Below are positions 52,343 to 61,115 of a stretch of DNA of 64,000 nucleotides, in pieces. The stretch comes from an uncultured Bdellovibrionales bacterium (GTDB lineage: Bacteria; Pseudomonadota; Alphaproteobacteria; Micavibrionales; GCA-2720935). A program made the translations under genes and the position numbers. Each line of letters opens with the position of its first letter. The first letter of the stretch is position 1. Location: contig CAYGOD010000002.1 of assembly GCA_964351525.1 (NCBI GenBank), positions 422,327 through 486,326 on the forward strand. The letters are read 5' to 3'. The notes under the pieces were generated by a model. That model was given only the letters and a program-made list of their open reading frames with translations. It had not been told where the DNA came from and did no database searches.

Positions 52343-55300
52343 ATGTCGTTAATTGATGGAGCCTTTGCAAGAACACGAACAGCCATGATGGTACTAGCGC
52401 TGTTGTTTATAGCGGGCATTTATGCCTATGCTGACATTCCCAAGGAATCTGACCCTGATATTAATATTCCTATTATATATGTCTCTATGCATCTTGAGGG
52501 GATTTCCCCGAATGACGCGGAACGTATTTTAATCCGCCCAATGGAGCAGGAATTGGCGTCAATCGAGGGCCTCAAAGAATTGCGTGCAACAGGCTATTTA
52601 GGCGGCGGTAATGTCATCCTTGAGTTCGAAGCAGGATTTGACGCCGATAAGGCATTAACGGATGTCCGAGAGGCTGTTGATAAAGCAAAATCAGAACTAC
52701 CCGCAGAGGCCGATGAGCCAAAAGTTGAAGAGGTAAATTTTAGTCTCTTCCCTGTCATTACCGTGACCCTATCAGGCGACATACCAGAGCGCACATTATT
52801 GCGCATGGCACGTAATTTACAAGATCGTTTGGAAACGCTGTCTTATGTTTTAGAGGCGCCAATTGCAGGTGACCGCGAAGAACAGGTTGAAATTATTATT
52901 AATCCCGACGTGATAGAGAGTTACGGCCTTAACGGCGCAGAGATTTTAGAGTTTTTTAGTCGCAGTAATCGTCTTGTCGCTGCTGGTCAAATGGATACAG
53001 GACAGGGGCGTTTTGCCATTCAATTACCGGGCTTGTTAGAAGATATCAATGACATTTTAGATATGCCCGTAAAGGTTGAGGGTGATTCATCTGTTACGTT
53101 ACGCAATTTGGTTGAAGTGCGGAAAACATTTAAAGATCCAGAAAATTTTGCATGGTTTGATGGGCGTAAATCTTTGGCGATTGAGGTTGTTAAACGGACA
53201 GGTGAAAATGTAATTGAAACCATTGATGCGGTTAAAGAGATCGTCGCAGATGAATCTCAATTTTGGCCAGATCATGTCCAGATTAATTTCTCACAAGATC
53301 AATCAAAGCAAATTAAAACAATGTTGAGCGATCTACAGAATAATGTGATTAGTGCGATTTTATTGGTAATGATTGTTTGTGTCGCTGCTCTTGGTTTACG
53401 TGGTGCTAGTTTGGTAGGCATTGCAATCCCTGGTTCATTCTTAACTGGTTTGCTAGTCTTATATTTAATGGGCTTAACGGTTAATGTTGTCGTTCTTTTT
53501 GCACTGATTTTATCTGTAGGGATGTTGGTTGATGGGGCCATTGTTGTCACCGAATATGCCGACCGTGAAATGATGGAGGGGCAAAAGCCTCGCGATGCGT
53601 ATTTCTTTGCCGCAAAACGCATGGCATGGCCGATTATTGCTTCAACGGCGACCACATTGGCGGCATTTTTACCATTGCTTTTCTGGCCAGGCATTGTTGG
53701 TGAATTTATGTTTTATTTGCCACTGACTTTGATTGCGACGTTAATTGCATCACTTCTTATGGCCTTGGTTTTTGTACCAACAATTGGTGCCTTAATTGGC
53801 AAGCCAGCTATTGTGTCTGATGAAAAAGGCTCTGAAAAATTATCTTATGATGAATTACTTTCTTTAAAAGGCCCGAGCGGTCTTTATGTCGGATTTTTGA
53901 GCAAGGTTTTAAAATTCCCGGGAACGATCTTATTAGTTGCACTGGCAATGTTAGTTGGTGTTCAATGGTATTATGCGACCCACGGAAATGGTGTTGAGTT
54001 TTTCCCAAATATTGAACCCGAATATGCATCGGTTTTGGTCCACGCACGCGGCAATTTATCGGTTTATGAGCAAGATAATTTGGTCAATGAGGTTGTGAAA
54101 CAAATCCAAGGTATTGATGGTATAGAGCACATATACGCGCGCAGTGGTGCTGCGGCTTCTTCGGGCGATGATTTAGCAGAGGATGTTATCGGCCAGATTC
54201 AATTAGAGTTTGAAGAATGGGATCAACGTAAAACGGCGGATGAAATATTTGTCGATATCCGTGAGGCGACCAAAAACAATGCCGGTCTTATTATCGAAAC
54301 GCGCAAGGCACAAGAGGGGCCTAAATCAGGTAAGGCCCTGCAAATTCAGCTGAGATCTTATGACGCTGATATTTTGGATAAAACTGCTGATGATGTTTTA
54401 AAAGCTTTAGATGCTGTTGGTGGTTTTATTGATATTGAGGATACACGACCTATCCCTGGTATTGAATGGGAACTGCAAGTTGATCGTGCACAGGCCGCCA
54501 AATTTGGTCTTGATACAACTTTGATTGGAAACTCTATTCGTATCGTCACTAATGGTTTGAAAGCCGCCGAATATCGCCCTGATGATTCAGATGAAGAGGT
54601 TGATGTTGTTATTCGTCACGCGCCAGAATTTAGAACATTGGATCAGTTGGACCGTGTTAAAATCGAAACGGGTGCGGGGTCAATTCCTGTGTCAAATTTT
54701 GTTCAACGTGTGGCCATAGAAAAGGTCGGAAAAGTTAACCGTGTTGACCAACAAAAATCAATTACGATTAAGGCTGATTTGCCGCCCACTCTTAATATCA
54801 ATGATAAAATAAAAGCATTAGAAGTTTATTTTACGGATAAGCCAATATCGCCCTTGGTGCGCTTTGCTTTTAAGGGTGATAATGAAAATCAACAGGAATC
54901 CCAAGCCTTTTTAATGGGCGCGTTTATTGTTGCACTGTTTATCATGGCGATTATTTTAGTGACACAATTCAATAGTTTCTATAGTGCATTTCTTATCTTG
55001 TCAGCAGTGATCATGTCCACCATTGGTGTCTTTATAGGACTAATTATCACGGGACAACCATTTGGTATTGTGATGAGCGGGGTAGGGGTTATTGCCTTGG
55101 CGGGTATTGTGGTGAATAATAATATTGTTCTAATCGATACGTTTGATTATTTGCGCGCACAGAATGAGGGGCTTTCTAAAAAAACACAAAAATCTATCAT
55201 GCATCTTATTGTCTTAACCGGCTATCAACGGTTACGCCCTGTTGTGTTAACAACCATCACAACGGTGTTGGGATTATTACCCATGGTTCTGCAAATGAAT

Positions 55301-55507
55301 ATTGACTTTGTTTCACGCGATATATCAATCGGTGCACCGTCTACACAATGGTGGGTTGGCTTGGCAACGGCGATTTGTTTTGGTCTTATTTTCTCAACTA
55401 TATTAACATTGGTAGTGACGCCAGCGGCGCTTATTTATCGTTCTAAATTAACGACATATAAAAATAATATTTCTAATTTTATTACAAGAAAGGTGTATGC
55501 ATCATGA
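52343..55507 (+). CDS. RND efflux permease (AcrB/AcrD/AcrF family)
   Basis: 1054 aa with 12 TM segments and two large periplasmic loops. The N-terminus is …RTRTAMMVLALLFIAGIYAYADIPKESDPDI. Confidence 0.95.
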   Translation: MSLIDGAFARTRTAMMVLALLFIAGIYAYADIPKESDPDINIPIIYVSMHLEGISPNDAERILIRPMEQELASIEGLKELRATGYLGGGNVILEFEAGFDADKALTDVREAVDKAKSELPAEADEPKVEEVNFSLFPVITVTLSGDIPERTLLRMARNLQDRLETLSYVLEAPIAGDREEQVEIIINPDVIESYGLNGAEILEFFSRSNRLVAAGQMDTGQGRFAIQLPGLLEDINDILDMPVKVEGDSSVTLRNLVEVRKTFKDPENFAWFDGRKSLAIEVVKRTGENVIETIDAVKEIVADESQFWPDHVQINFSQDQSKQIKTMLSDLQNNVISAILLVMIVCVAALGLRGASLVGIAIPGSFLTGLLVLYLMGLTVNVVVLFALILSVGMLVDGAIVVTEYADREMMEGQKPRDAYFFAAKRMAWPIIASTATTLAAFLPLLFWPGIVGEFMFYLPLTLIATLIASLLMALVFVPTIGALIGKPAIVSDEKGSEKLSYDELLSLKGPSGLYVGFLSKVLKFPGTILLVALAMLVGVQWYYATHGNGVEFFPNIEPEYASVLVHARGNLSVYEQDNLVNEVVKQIQGIDGIEHIYARSGAAASSGDDLAEDVIGQIQLEFEEWDQRKTADEIFVDIREATKNNAGLIIETRKAQEGPKSGKALQIQLRSYDADILDKTADDVLKALDAVGGFIDIEDTRPIPGIEWELQVDRAQAAKFGLDTTLIGNSIRIVTNGLKAAEYRPDDSDEEVDVVIRHAPEFRTLDQLDRVKIETGAGSIPVSNFVQRVAIEKVGKVNRVDQQKSITIKADLPPTLNINDKIKALEVYFTDKPISPLVRFAFKGDNENQQESQAFLMGAFIVALFIMAIILVTQFNSFYSAFLILSAVIMSTIGVFIGLIITGQPFGIVMSGVGVIALAGIVVNNNIVLIDTFDYLRAQNEGLSKKTQKSIMHLIVLTGYQRLRPVVLTTITTVLGLLPMVLQMNIDFVSRDISIGAPSTQWWVGLATAICFGLIFSTILTLVVTPAALIYRSKLTTYKNNISNFITRKVYAS

Positions 55508-57195
55508 AGCAATCATCACAATATCCAAAAGATGTTCAATGGGATATGGCGATAGAGCCAAGACCTGTTTATACAATTTTGGAAGATACTGTTGAAAAAT
55601 ACGGGTCACGTCCCGCTTTTGATTTTATGAACAAGAAATATAGCTATGCCCAATTGGGGCGCATGGTGAATCAGTTTGCCGCGGGCTTGCAAAAAATTGG
55701 TGTAAAAAAAGACGTAAAAGTGGGTCTGTTCCTGCCAAACTCGCCTTATTTTATTATCTCTTACTATGCAATTTTAAAAGCGGGCGGTACGGTTGTTAAT
55801 TATAATCCTCTTTATGCAGAGCGCGAAATTGAATATCAGATCAATGACAGCGACACCGAGATTATGATCACCCTTGATTTGAAAATGCTGTACGACAAGG
55901 TAGATCATTGTCTTCATGCTACGGATTTGAAAAAGATCATTGTGTGTGGCATGAAAGATATTCTACCTTTCCCTAAAAATATATTATTTTCTTTATTAAA
56001 GAAAAAAGACATAGCAGGTGAGCTGTTGAACAAAGCCAAATGGGGTGAGGATCACTATCGTTTTGACGATCTATTAGATAATGAAAACGCCCCCACAGCC
56101 ATTGACATTGATGTCGATAATGATGTTGCCGTTATTCAATATACGGGTGGCACAACGGGTGTGCCAAAGGGCGCTATGTTAACCCATACTAATATTTATG
56201 CGAACACGCATCAAGCAGCCGCTTGGTTCACAGGGGTCGAAGTTGGTAAAGATAGCATGCTCGGTGTGTTACCATTTTTCCACGTATTTGCCATGATTGT
56301 TGTGATGAATTTAAGTGTCAAAAATGCGATGGAAATTATTGCGATGCCGCGCTTTGATATGGAAGATGCGTTAAAGATCATTGATAAAAAGAAACCAACA
56401 ATGTTTCCCGCCGTACCCGCAATTTATTCAGGGATTGTGCATCATAAAAATATTAAGAAATATGACCTTAGCTCCATTCGCTATTGTATTTCTGGCGGTG
56501 CGCCATTAGCCGTTGAAGTGAAGCATGCTTTTGAGAAGATCACAGGCTGTAAATTAGCCGAAGGCTATGGCTTGACAGAAAGCTCTCCTGTGGCGGCCTG
56601 TAATCCCTTAGAGGGGATTAATAAACCAGGATCAATCGGTTTGCCATTACCGCAAACGGTGATTGAAATTATATCACGTGATGATGGTATAACAGTGATG
56701 CCGACTGCCGAGGCTGGCGAGCTTTGTATTCGTGGACCACAAGTCATGAAGGGCTATTATAAGCGTGATGATGAGACAGCCTCAACCATCCGTAATGGTC
56801 GCCTTCATACAGGTGATGTCGCCTATATTGATGAAGAGGGCTACATTTTCATTATTGATCGTATCAAAGATCTTATCATCACCAACGGGTATAATGTCTA
56901 TCCGCGTCATGTGGAGGAAGCAATTTATAAGCACCAATCTGTCCAAGAGTGTATTGTTGGCGGACTGCCAGATATTAAACGCGGTGAAATTGTTAAGGCA
57001 TGGATTAAGTTAAAGGATGGTCACACATTATCTATTGAAGAAATGAAAGAGCATTTATCGGATAAAGTGTCCGCCTATGAAATGCCGCGCCAAATAGAAT
57101 TTCGCGACACCGAATTACCAAAGACAATGATTGGCAAGCTTTCACGCAAAGATATTATCGCCCAAGAAGTCGCCCATAATGCGACAAAGAGATAG
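55504..57195 (+). CDS. fadD: Long-chain acyl-CoA synthetase (AMP-binding, FadD-like)
   Basis: AMP-binding motif YTGGTTGVPKGAML, plus …GYGLTESSP… and …TGDVAYIDEEGYIFIIDRIKD…. The ATG overlaps the RND stop (ATGA). Confidence 0.9.
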   Translation: MKQSSQYPKDVQWDMAIEPRPVYTILEDTVEKYGSRPAFDFMNKKYSYAQLGRMVNQFAAGLQKIGVKKDVKVGLFLPNSPYFIISYYAILKAGGTVVNYNPLYAEREIEYQINDSDTEIMITLDLKMLYDKVDHCLHATDLKKIIVCGMKDILPFPKNILFSLLKKKDIAGELLNKAKWGEDHYRFDDLLDNENAPTAIDIDVDNDVAVIQYTGGTTGVPKGAMLTHTNIYANTHQAAAWFTGVEVGKDSMLGVLPFFHVFAMIVVMNLSVKNAMEIIAMPRFDMEDALKIIDKKKPTMFPAVPAIYSGIVHHKNIKKYDLSSIRYCISGGAPLAVEVKHAFEKITGCKLAEGYGLTESSPVAACNPLEGINKPGSIGLPLPQTVIEIISRDDGITVMPTAEAGELCIRGPQVMKGYYKRDDETASTIRNGRLHTGDVAYIDEEGYIFIIDRIKDLIITNGYNVYPRHVEEAIYKHQSVQECIVGGLPDIKRGEIVKAWIKLKDGHTLSIEEMKEHLSDKVSAYEMPRQIEFRDTELPKTMIGKLSRKDIIAQEVAHNATKR

Positions 57196-57202
57196 CGTTT
57201 CT

Positions 57203-58192
57203 TTATATAATATCATGAAAGCCAAACGCCATGATTGTCATGATTGCGGTGACGATTAGTAAAACGGCACTGTAACATAATAGGGCTTTGCGCAAATGTA
57301 TAGCGCTTGGCTTTGCGGTTGCATCATCATGACCAATCCATGGTTGATTACTACTTATACCATCTTGTAGCGCAGGCCCCATTAACGTTAAATTCGTTAC
57401 ATTGGCCATGACAGCAATAATTTTTAAATGATTTGTTTTTGCCACGCGGAGAAGCGCGAATAATTTTTGCAGAGATTTTGGATTAATTAATAGGGATAAA
57501 ATTCCGATAAGAATTGTTGATAATATCATCGGTATAAAGTTTAAGATTGTATAAGTCATTGTGATCGTAAACGCATAATCCTTGGCTTGGCTGTGTTGAT
57601 AGCTGGATGTGAAATATAGGGCGGATAAAGATGAATATATTACCAAGCCATAAAGCCCAAAGATGAGATAGAAAAAGCATGGTGCAATCAGAAAACGTTC
57701 TATTGACCGTGTTAAATAAATGACTAAATCACGGTGACATTTATGAATGTCTGATAATTTTGAATCATCTTGGGTTAAGTCATAAAAAAACATGGCTCTT
57801 TGTGTGCTTTTAGTCTTCAGCATTTTTAGGCCTTTAATATAAGTCGTCCAAGATTGTAGCGTCGATACTGATAGACCAATAATCATGATTTCTAAAATTA
57901 CGTGATAGCCATCAAAGACAGGAAGATTAAATATAAAACGCATACAGAAAATCACGCTGGTGAGAATAAAGATTAGAGCGACAAATCCACGTATTTTTTT
58001 TTCAGTTTTTGAGCGCTGAGCGCGGTTTAACTTTTGGTAAAAGAATGCGCCTATAGCTTTAAAAAATTGCCATATAAGGGGGAACTTTCCAAAAGGCAGC
58101 ATGCCAATAATAAAAGAAAGCAGAAGCCCATAGAGCAATATGGTGGGGTGACCCATAAAGTCTGTGTAGTTTGATATATTTAAAAATGACAT
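57203..58192 (-). CDS. CobD/CbiB-family integral membrane protein
   Basis: 329 aa. IAPCFFYLIFGLYGLVIY and the C-terminal …GPALQDGISSNQPWIGHDDA… align with my recollection of CbiB (…IIAPLFFLFLGG…, …GGPNNYFGERVDKPWIGD…). Confidence 0.5.
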   Translation of the reverse strand: MSFLNISNYTDFMGHPTILLYGLLLSFIIGMLPFGKFPLIWQFFKAIGAFFYQKLNRAQRSKTEKKIRGFVALIFILTSVIFCMRFIFNLPVFDGYHVILEIMIIGLSVSTLQSWTTYIKGLKMLKTKSTQRAMFFYDLTQDDSKLSDIHKCHRDLVIYLTRSIERFLIAPCFFYLIFGLYGLVIYSSLSALYFTSSYQHSQAKDYAFTITMTYTILNFIPMILSTILIGILSLLINPKSLQKLFALLRVAKTNHLKIIAVMANVTNLTLMGPALQDGISSNQPWIGHDDATAKPSAIHLRKALLCYSAVLLIVTAIMTIMAFGFHDII

Positions 58193-58217
58193 TTAAAAAA
58201 TCCTTTTATTATTTACG

Positions 58218-58826
58218 TTATGCTGAAAGCCATAAAATACGTGCGGCCCAGTCACAGTGTTTCTTTAAAATTGTTTGTTTCGCATCATTTGTAATTATTT
58301 GATAATCATGGGCTGTTTCTATTGCTAGATGACCAATGTTATAGCTTTTTTGCTCTGTGTCGTTACTTTGGATGATAACTAAATCATTGCGCCGTAATCC
58401 CGATCCCATATCGAGGAGAGCAATGGTTCCTGCTTTAATATTATGATCTTTATAATCTTGGCTAACTTCAAACGCCAAATGGATATTGTCATCATGCTCT
58501 ATTAGGGGGAGCGTTTCTAATGTATCGATTTCATTAAAGTTTAACCCTGTATCATTTTGAATGAAATGAGGGTAATGGTTAAATGATTTCTGTTTGTTTT
58601 TATCAATAGGCTGTATGAAGCTATTTAAGCTTGTATTGGTTACAGCCAGTATTTTTGCAATACTTTCTGTGCTGGGCCAGCGTAACTTGCCGCTTAACGC
58701 AACGCGTTTACTTTTATTGAAGGTGGTGGGGTCTAGTCCTGCCAAGCGTGCTAAACCAGAGGGGCTTAGGTTATTATCTTTCGCCAGTTCATCTATCGCG
58801 TACCATATTGTCTTATGCGTTAACAT
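58218..58826 (-). CDS. HTH (Cro/CI-type) regulator with a degenerate S24/LexA-like C-terminal domain
   Basis: The N-terminus is IWYAIDELAKDNNLSPSGLARLAGLDPTTFNKSK. The C-terminal beta-domain resembles S24, but no clear Ser/Lys dyad is visible. Confidence 0.6.
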   Translation of the reverse strand: MLTHKTIWYAIDELAKDNNLSPSGLARLAGLDPTTFNKSKRVALSGKLRWPSTESIAKILAVTNTSLNSFIQPIDKNKQKSFNHYPHFIQNDTGLNFNEIDTLETLPLIEHDDNIHLAFEVSQDYKDHNIKAGTIALLDMGSGLRRNDLVIIQSNDTEQKSYNIGHLAIETAHDYQIITNDAKQTILKKHCDWAARILWLSA

Positions 58827-58936
58827 TGATCTTGTCTTTCTATGTGAATTTATCCCTAAAAAAGAGACATTTAAATTATCTCACAGGAATTTACCCCTGT
58901 ATATAGGAATAAAAGCATAAAAATATTAAAAAAGTG

Positions 58937-58965
58937 TTGACATAGGAATAAATACCTACTATTCT
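58937..58965 (+). promoter_or_regulatory. Sigma-70-type promoter TTGACA-N17-TATTCT overlapped by ATAGGAATAAA repeats
   Basis: The -35 is at 58937-58942 and the -10 at 58960-58965. The 11-mer ATAGGAATAAA occurs at 58903-58913 and 58942-58952. Confidence 0.4.
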
Positions 58966-59378
58966 ATAAAAAGCATCGGGATAAGTGCGTCTAAATTTAA
59001 AGATCCTTTCCCTATGACTATTTAAACAAGTAATAGGGAGAAGGACATGCCGAAAGACATGAACCAGGATGCGTCAAGCAAGCCATGTCAGGGCAGGTGA
59101 TTAATGCGATGGCATCTTTGGGAACAATATGGACGGTCGGGCTATCTGTATTAGGCATCTATGTTTATAAGCGTAGCCAAGATAAAAAGCACGGCATGCC
59201 CGCGACTGATAAAGATCAAAACGTCACGCCTTTTCAATCTATTATAGATTTATTGCTCAAGAATAAGGCTTGATCTTTTCATAAGGCTTGTTTAGGCTTT
59301 TCTATATTACGTATATGAAAAAATATGAGTAATTATTTATCTGTTAAGTAACTGATAAGTAATAAGATTAAATTAAGT

Positions 59379-60863
59379 GTGAATCACGTGATTCGTTTAA
59401 TTAATGCTCTTAAACACATTTTGTGGGATGTCTTGATTGTGCTAGCCGCCGATAAGCCAAATAAAACAACGCCAAAACGCACAGGATCTAATCCCGCAGC
59501 GTCGACTGTTGTGTCGCGTAAACCCAAGAAACAGCGCCAGAAAAATACGCTATCGACTTTATTCCTGCGTCCTTCTTTTGTTTTAACGCTGGTTGTGGCG
59601 GTTCTTTCGCTCTTTATTCTTTATATAACCTATAAAAGCGCGACTATCGGTGCATCCATGGGGTTCTTGATGATTGTGTTAACAATCTTTGGGGCGGGTG
59701 TTTCTTATGAGGTCATAAGTCGTCGTCGTTGGGAGGCCGCTTTAAGTGTTTACTTCCGCAACATGGAAAAACGTGTTGATCAATTATCAGACTCCCACGA
59801 CCAAGAATTGTCACGCTTAAAGCTAGCCCTTTCGGCGCTGATTGATGAGCGCCAAGATGAGGCATTTCAAGAAGAAATATCCAAGCTAGAAGAATTAAAT
59901 ATCCAACGTGATACCGAAAAAAGCACATTGCATCATTTAATGGCACAAAATTTATCTGATTATGAAGAAACCGAATTGGAGCCAGAATTTAACGATGAAG
60001 ATGTAACGCCATATGAAACGGTCTTACCGTCTTTTGATAATGACGAAACGCAAAAGAAAGCCTTAAACACGCCCAATGCTGATGCTGCATTAAACCAAGC
60101 GATGTTCGCGTCATCACCCGTGCCAGATGATGTTATAATTAGTGCGATTAAGCGTGACCGTATGGATGTGTTTTCACAACCTGTTGTAAAGCTACCCTCT
60201 AGAACAACAATTGGTTATGAATGTTTTGCACGTGCAAAGGGGCTGCATGATAAATTTATTCATGCAAAAAATTATGCTCAAACCGTTGGTGCGGAAAATC
60301 TTTGGCCAACGATCGATAATTTCCTCCTTATGCGCGTTATTCAGTATATTCGTAAAAGTGAAAATCACGTTGAAAATATGGTCTATTTCCTAAATATGGA
60401 TGAAGATACGTTCAACGACGAAGATTTCATTTTGGATATGATTGAGTATCTTTCCGATTCTCCATCAATTGCCCGTTGTTTGGTTCTAGAATTCTCACAA
60501 GACGCATTTTATAACTTGCAGAAGAACCACAAAAACCTGCTTCAGGGTCTAAAGACTGCAGGCTGTAAATTCTCCCTCGATCATGTTGATGATTTAACGT
60601 TGAAGGCGCAAGATCTGTTTAGTAAAAATATTCGCTATATCAAACTCGATACTGAATTCGTTCAGGACACAGCCACTTCCCGAATCGGGCTGGTCGCGCT
60701 GAATACGTTGAAGAAAGATTTATACCGCAACGGTATTGATCTTATTATCCAGAAAATTGAGCAAGACGATGCTCTATTACAGCTTCTGGACTATAATATT
60801 GACTATGGACAAGGCTATCTCTTTGGTGTGCCTGAGAAAATGTCTCTGAAAAAAGTCGCCTAA
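59379..60863 (+). CDS. Membrane-anchored EAL-domain protein (catalytic residues partly degenerate); start codon uncertain
   Basis: The C-terminal 250 aa read …FSQPVVKLPSRTTIGYECFAR…FLNMDE…LVLEFSQ…SLDHVDD…IKLD…IQKIEQ…GQGYLFG. There are two TM segments plus a coiled coil N-terminally. Confidence 0.8.
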   Translation: MNHVIRLINALKHILWDVLIVLAADKPNKTTPKRTGSNPAASTVVSRKPKKQRQKNTLSTLFLRPSFVLTLVVAVLSLFILYITYKSATIGASMGFLMIVLTIFGAGVSYEVISRRRWEAALSVYFRNMEKRVDQLSDSHDQELSRLKLALSALIDERQDEAFQEEISKLEELNIQRDTEKSTLHHLMAQNLSDYEETELEPEFNDEDVTPYETVLPSFDNDETQKKALNTPNADAALNQAMFASSPVPDDVIISAIKRDRMDVFSQPVVKLPSRTTIGYECFARAKGLHDKFIHAKNYAQTVGAENLWPTIDNFLLMRVIQYIRKSENHVENMVYFLNMDEDTFNDEDFILDMIEYLSDSPSIARCLVLEFSQDAFYNLQKNHKNLLQGLKTAGCKFSLDHVDDLTLKAQDLFSKNIRYIKLDTEFVQDTATSRIGLVALNTLKKDLYRNGIDLIIQKIEQDDALLQLLDYNIDYGQGYLFGVPEKMSLKKVA

Positions 60864-61115
60864 TTCCCTAATAATTTGCCTTATTATCGCCACATTTATA
60901 CCAATTTAGTCAGAAATAAGGCAGATTTTAATTCCTTTTTCATCTTTTTTATGGCATAATTATCAAAGTAATATGTTTATATCATCGTTAATAGTAAGGT
61001 TTTTTTAAGCTTTAGCGCTTAACATAGAAGATGGGAATGGTATATTTGCGTCACTTTAAGTATAAAAAGGACGTTTGAAGGTTTAGAGTTTTTGGTTTAG
61101 GGGGCCACCCACATA

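Noticed and set aside
59085-59273. 62-aa single-TM ORF between the HTH gene and the EAL gene.
   Set aside because: It has no convincing RBS and I see no recognisable homology. It could be real, since it lies downstream of the TTGACA-N17-TATTCT promoter, but I cannot support it as a feature.
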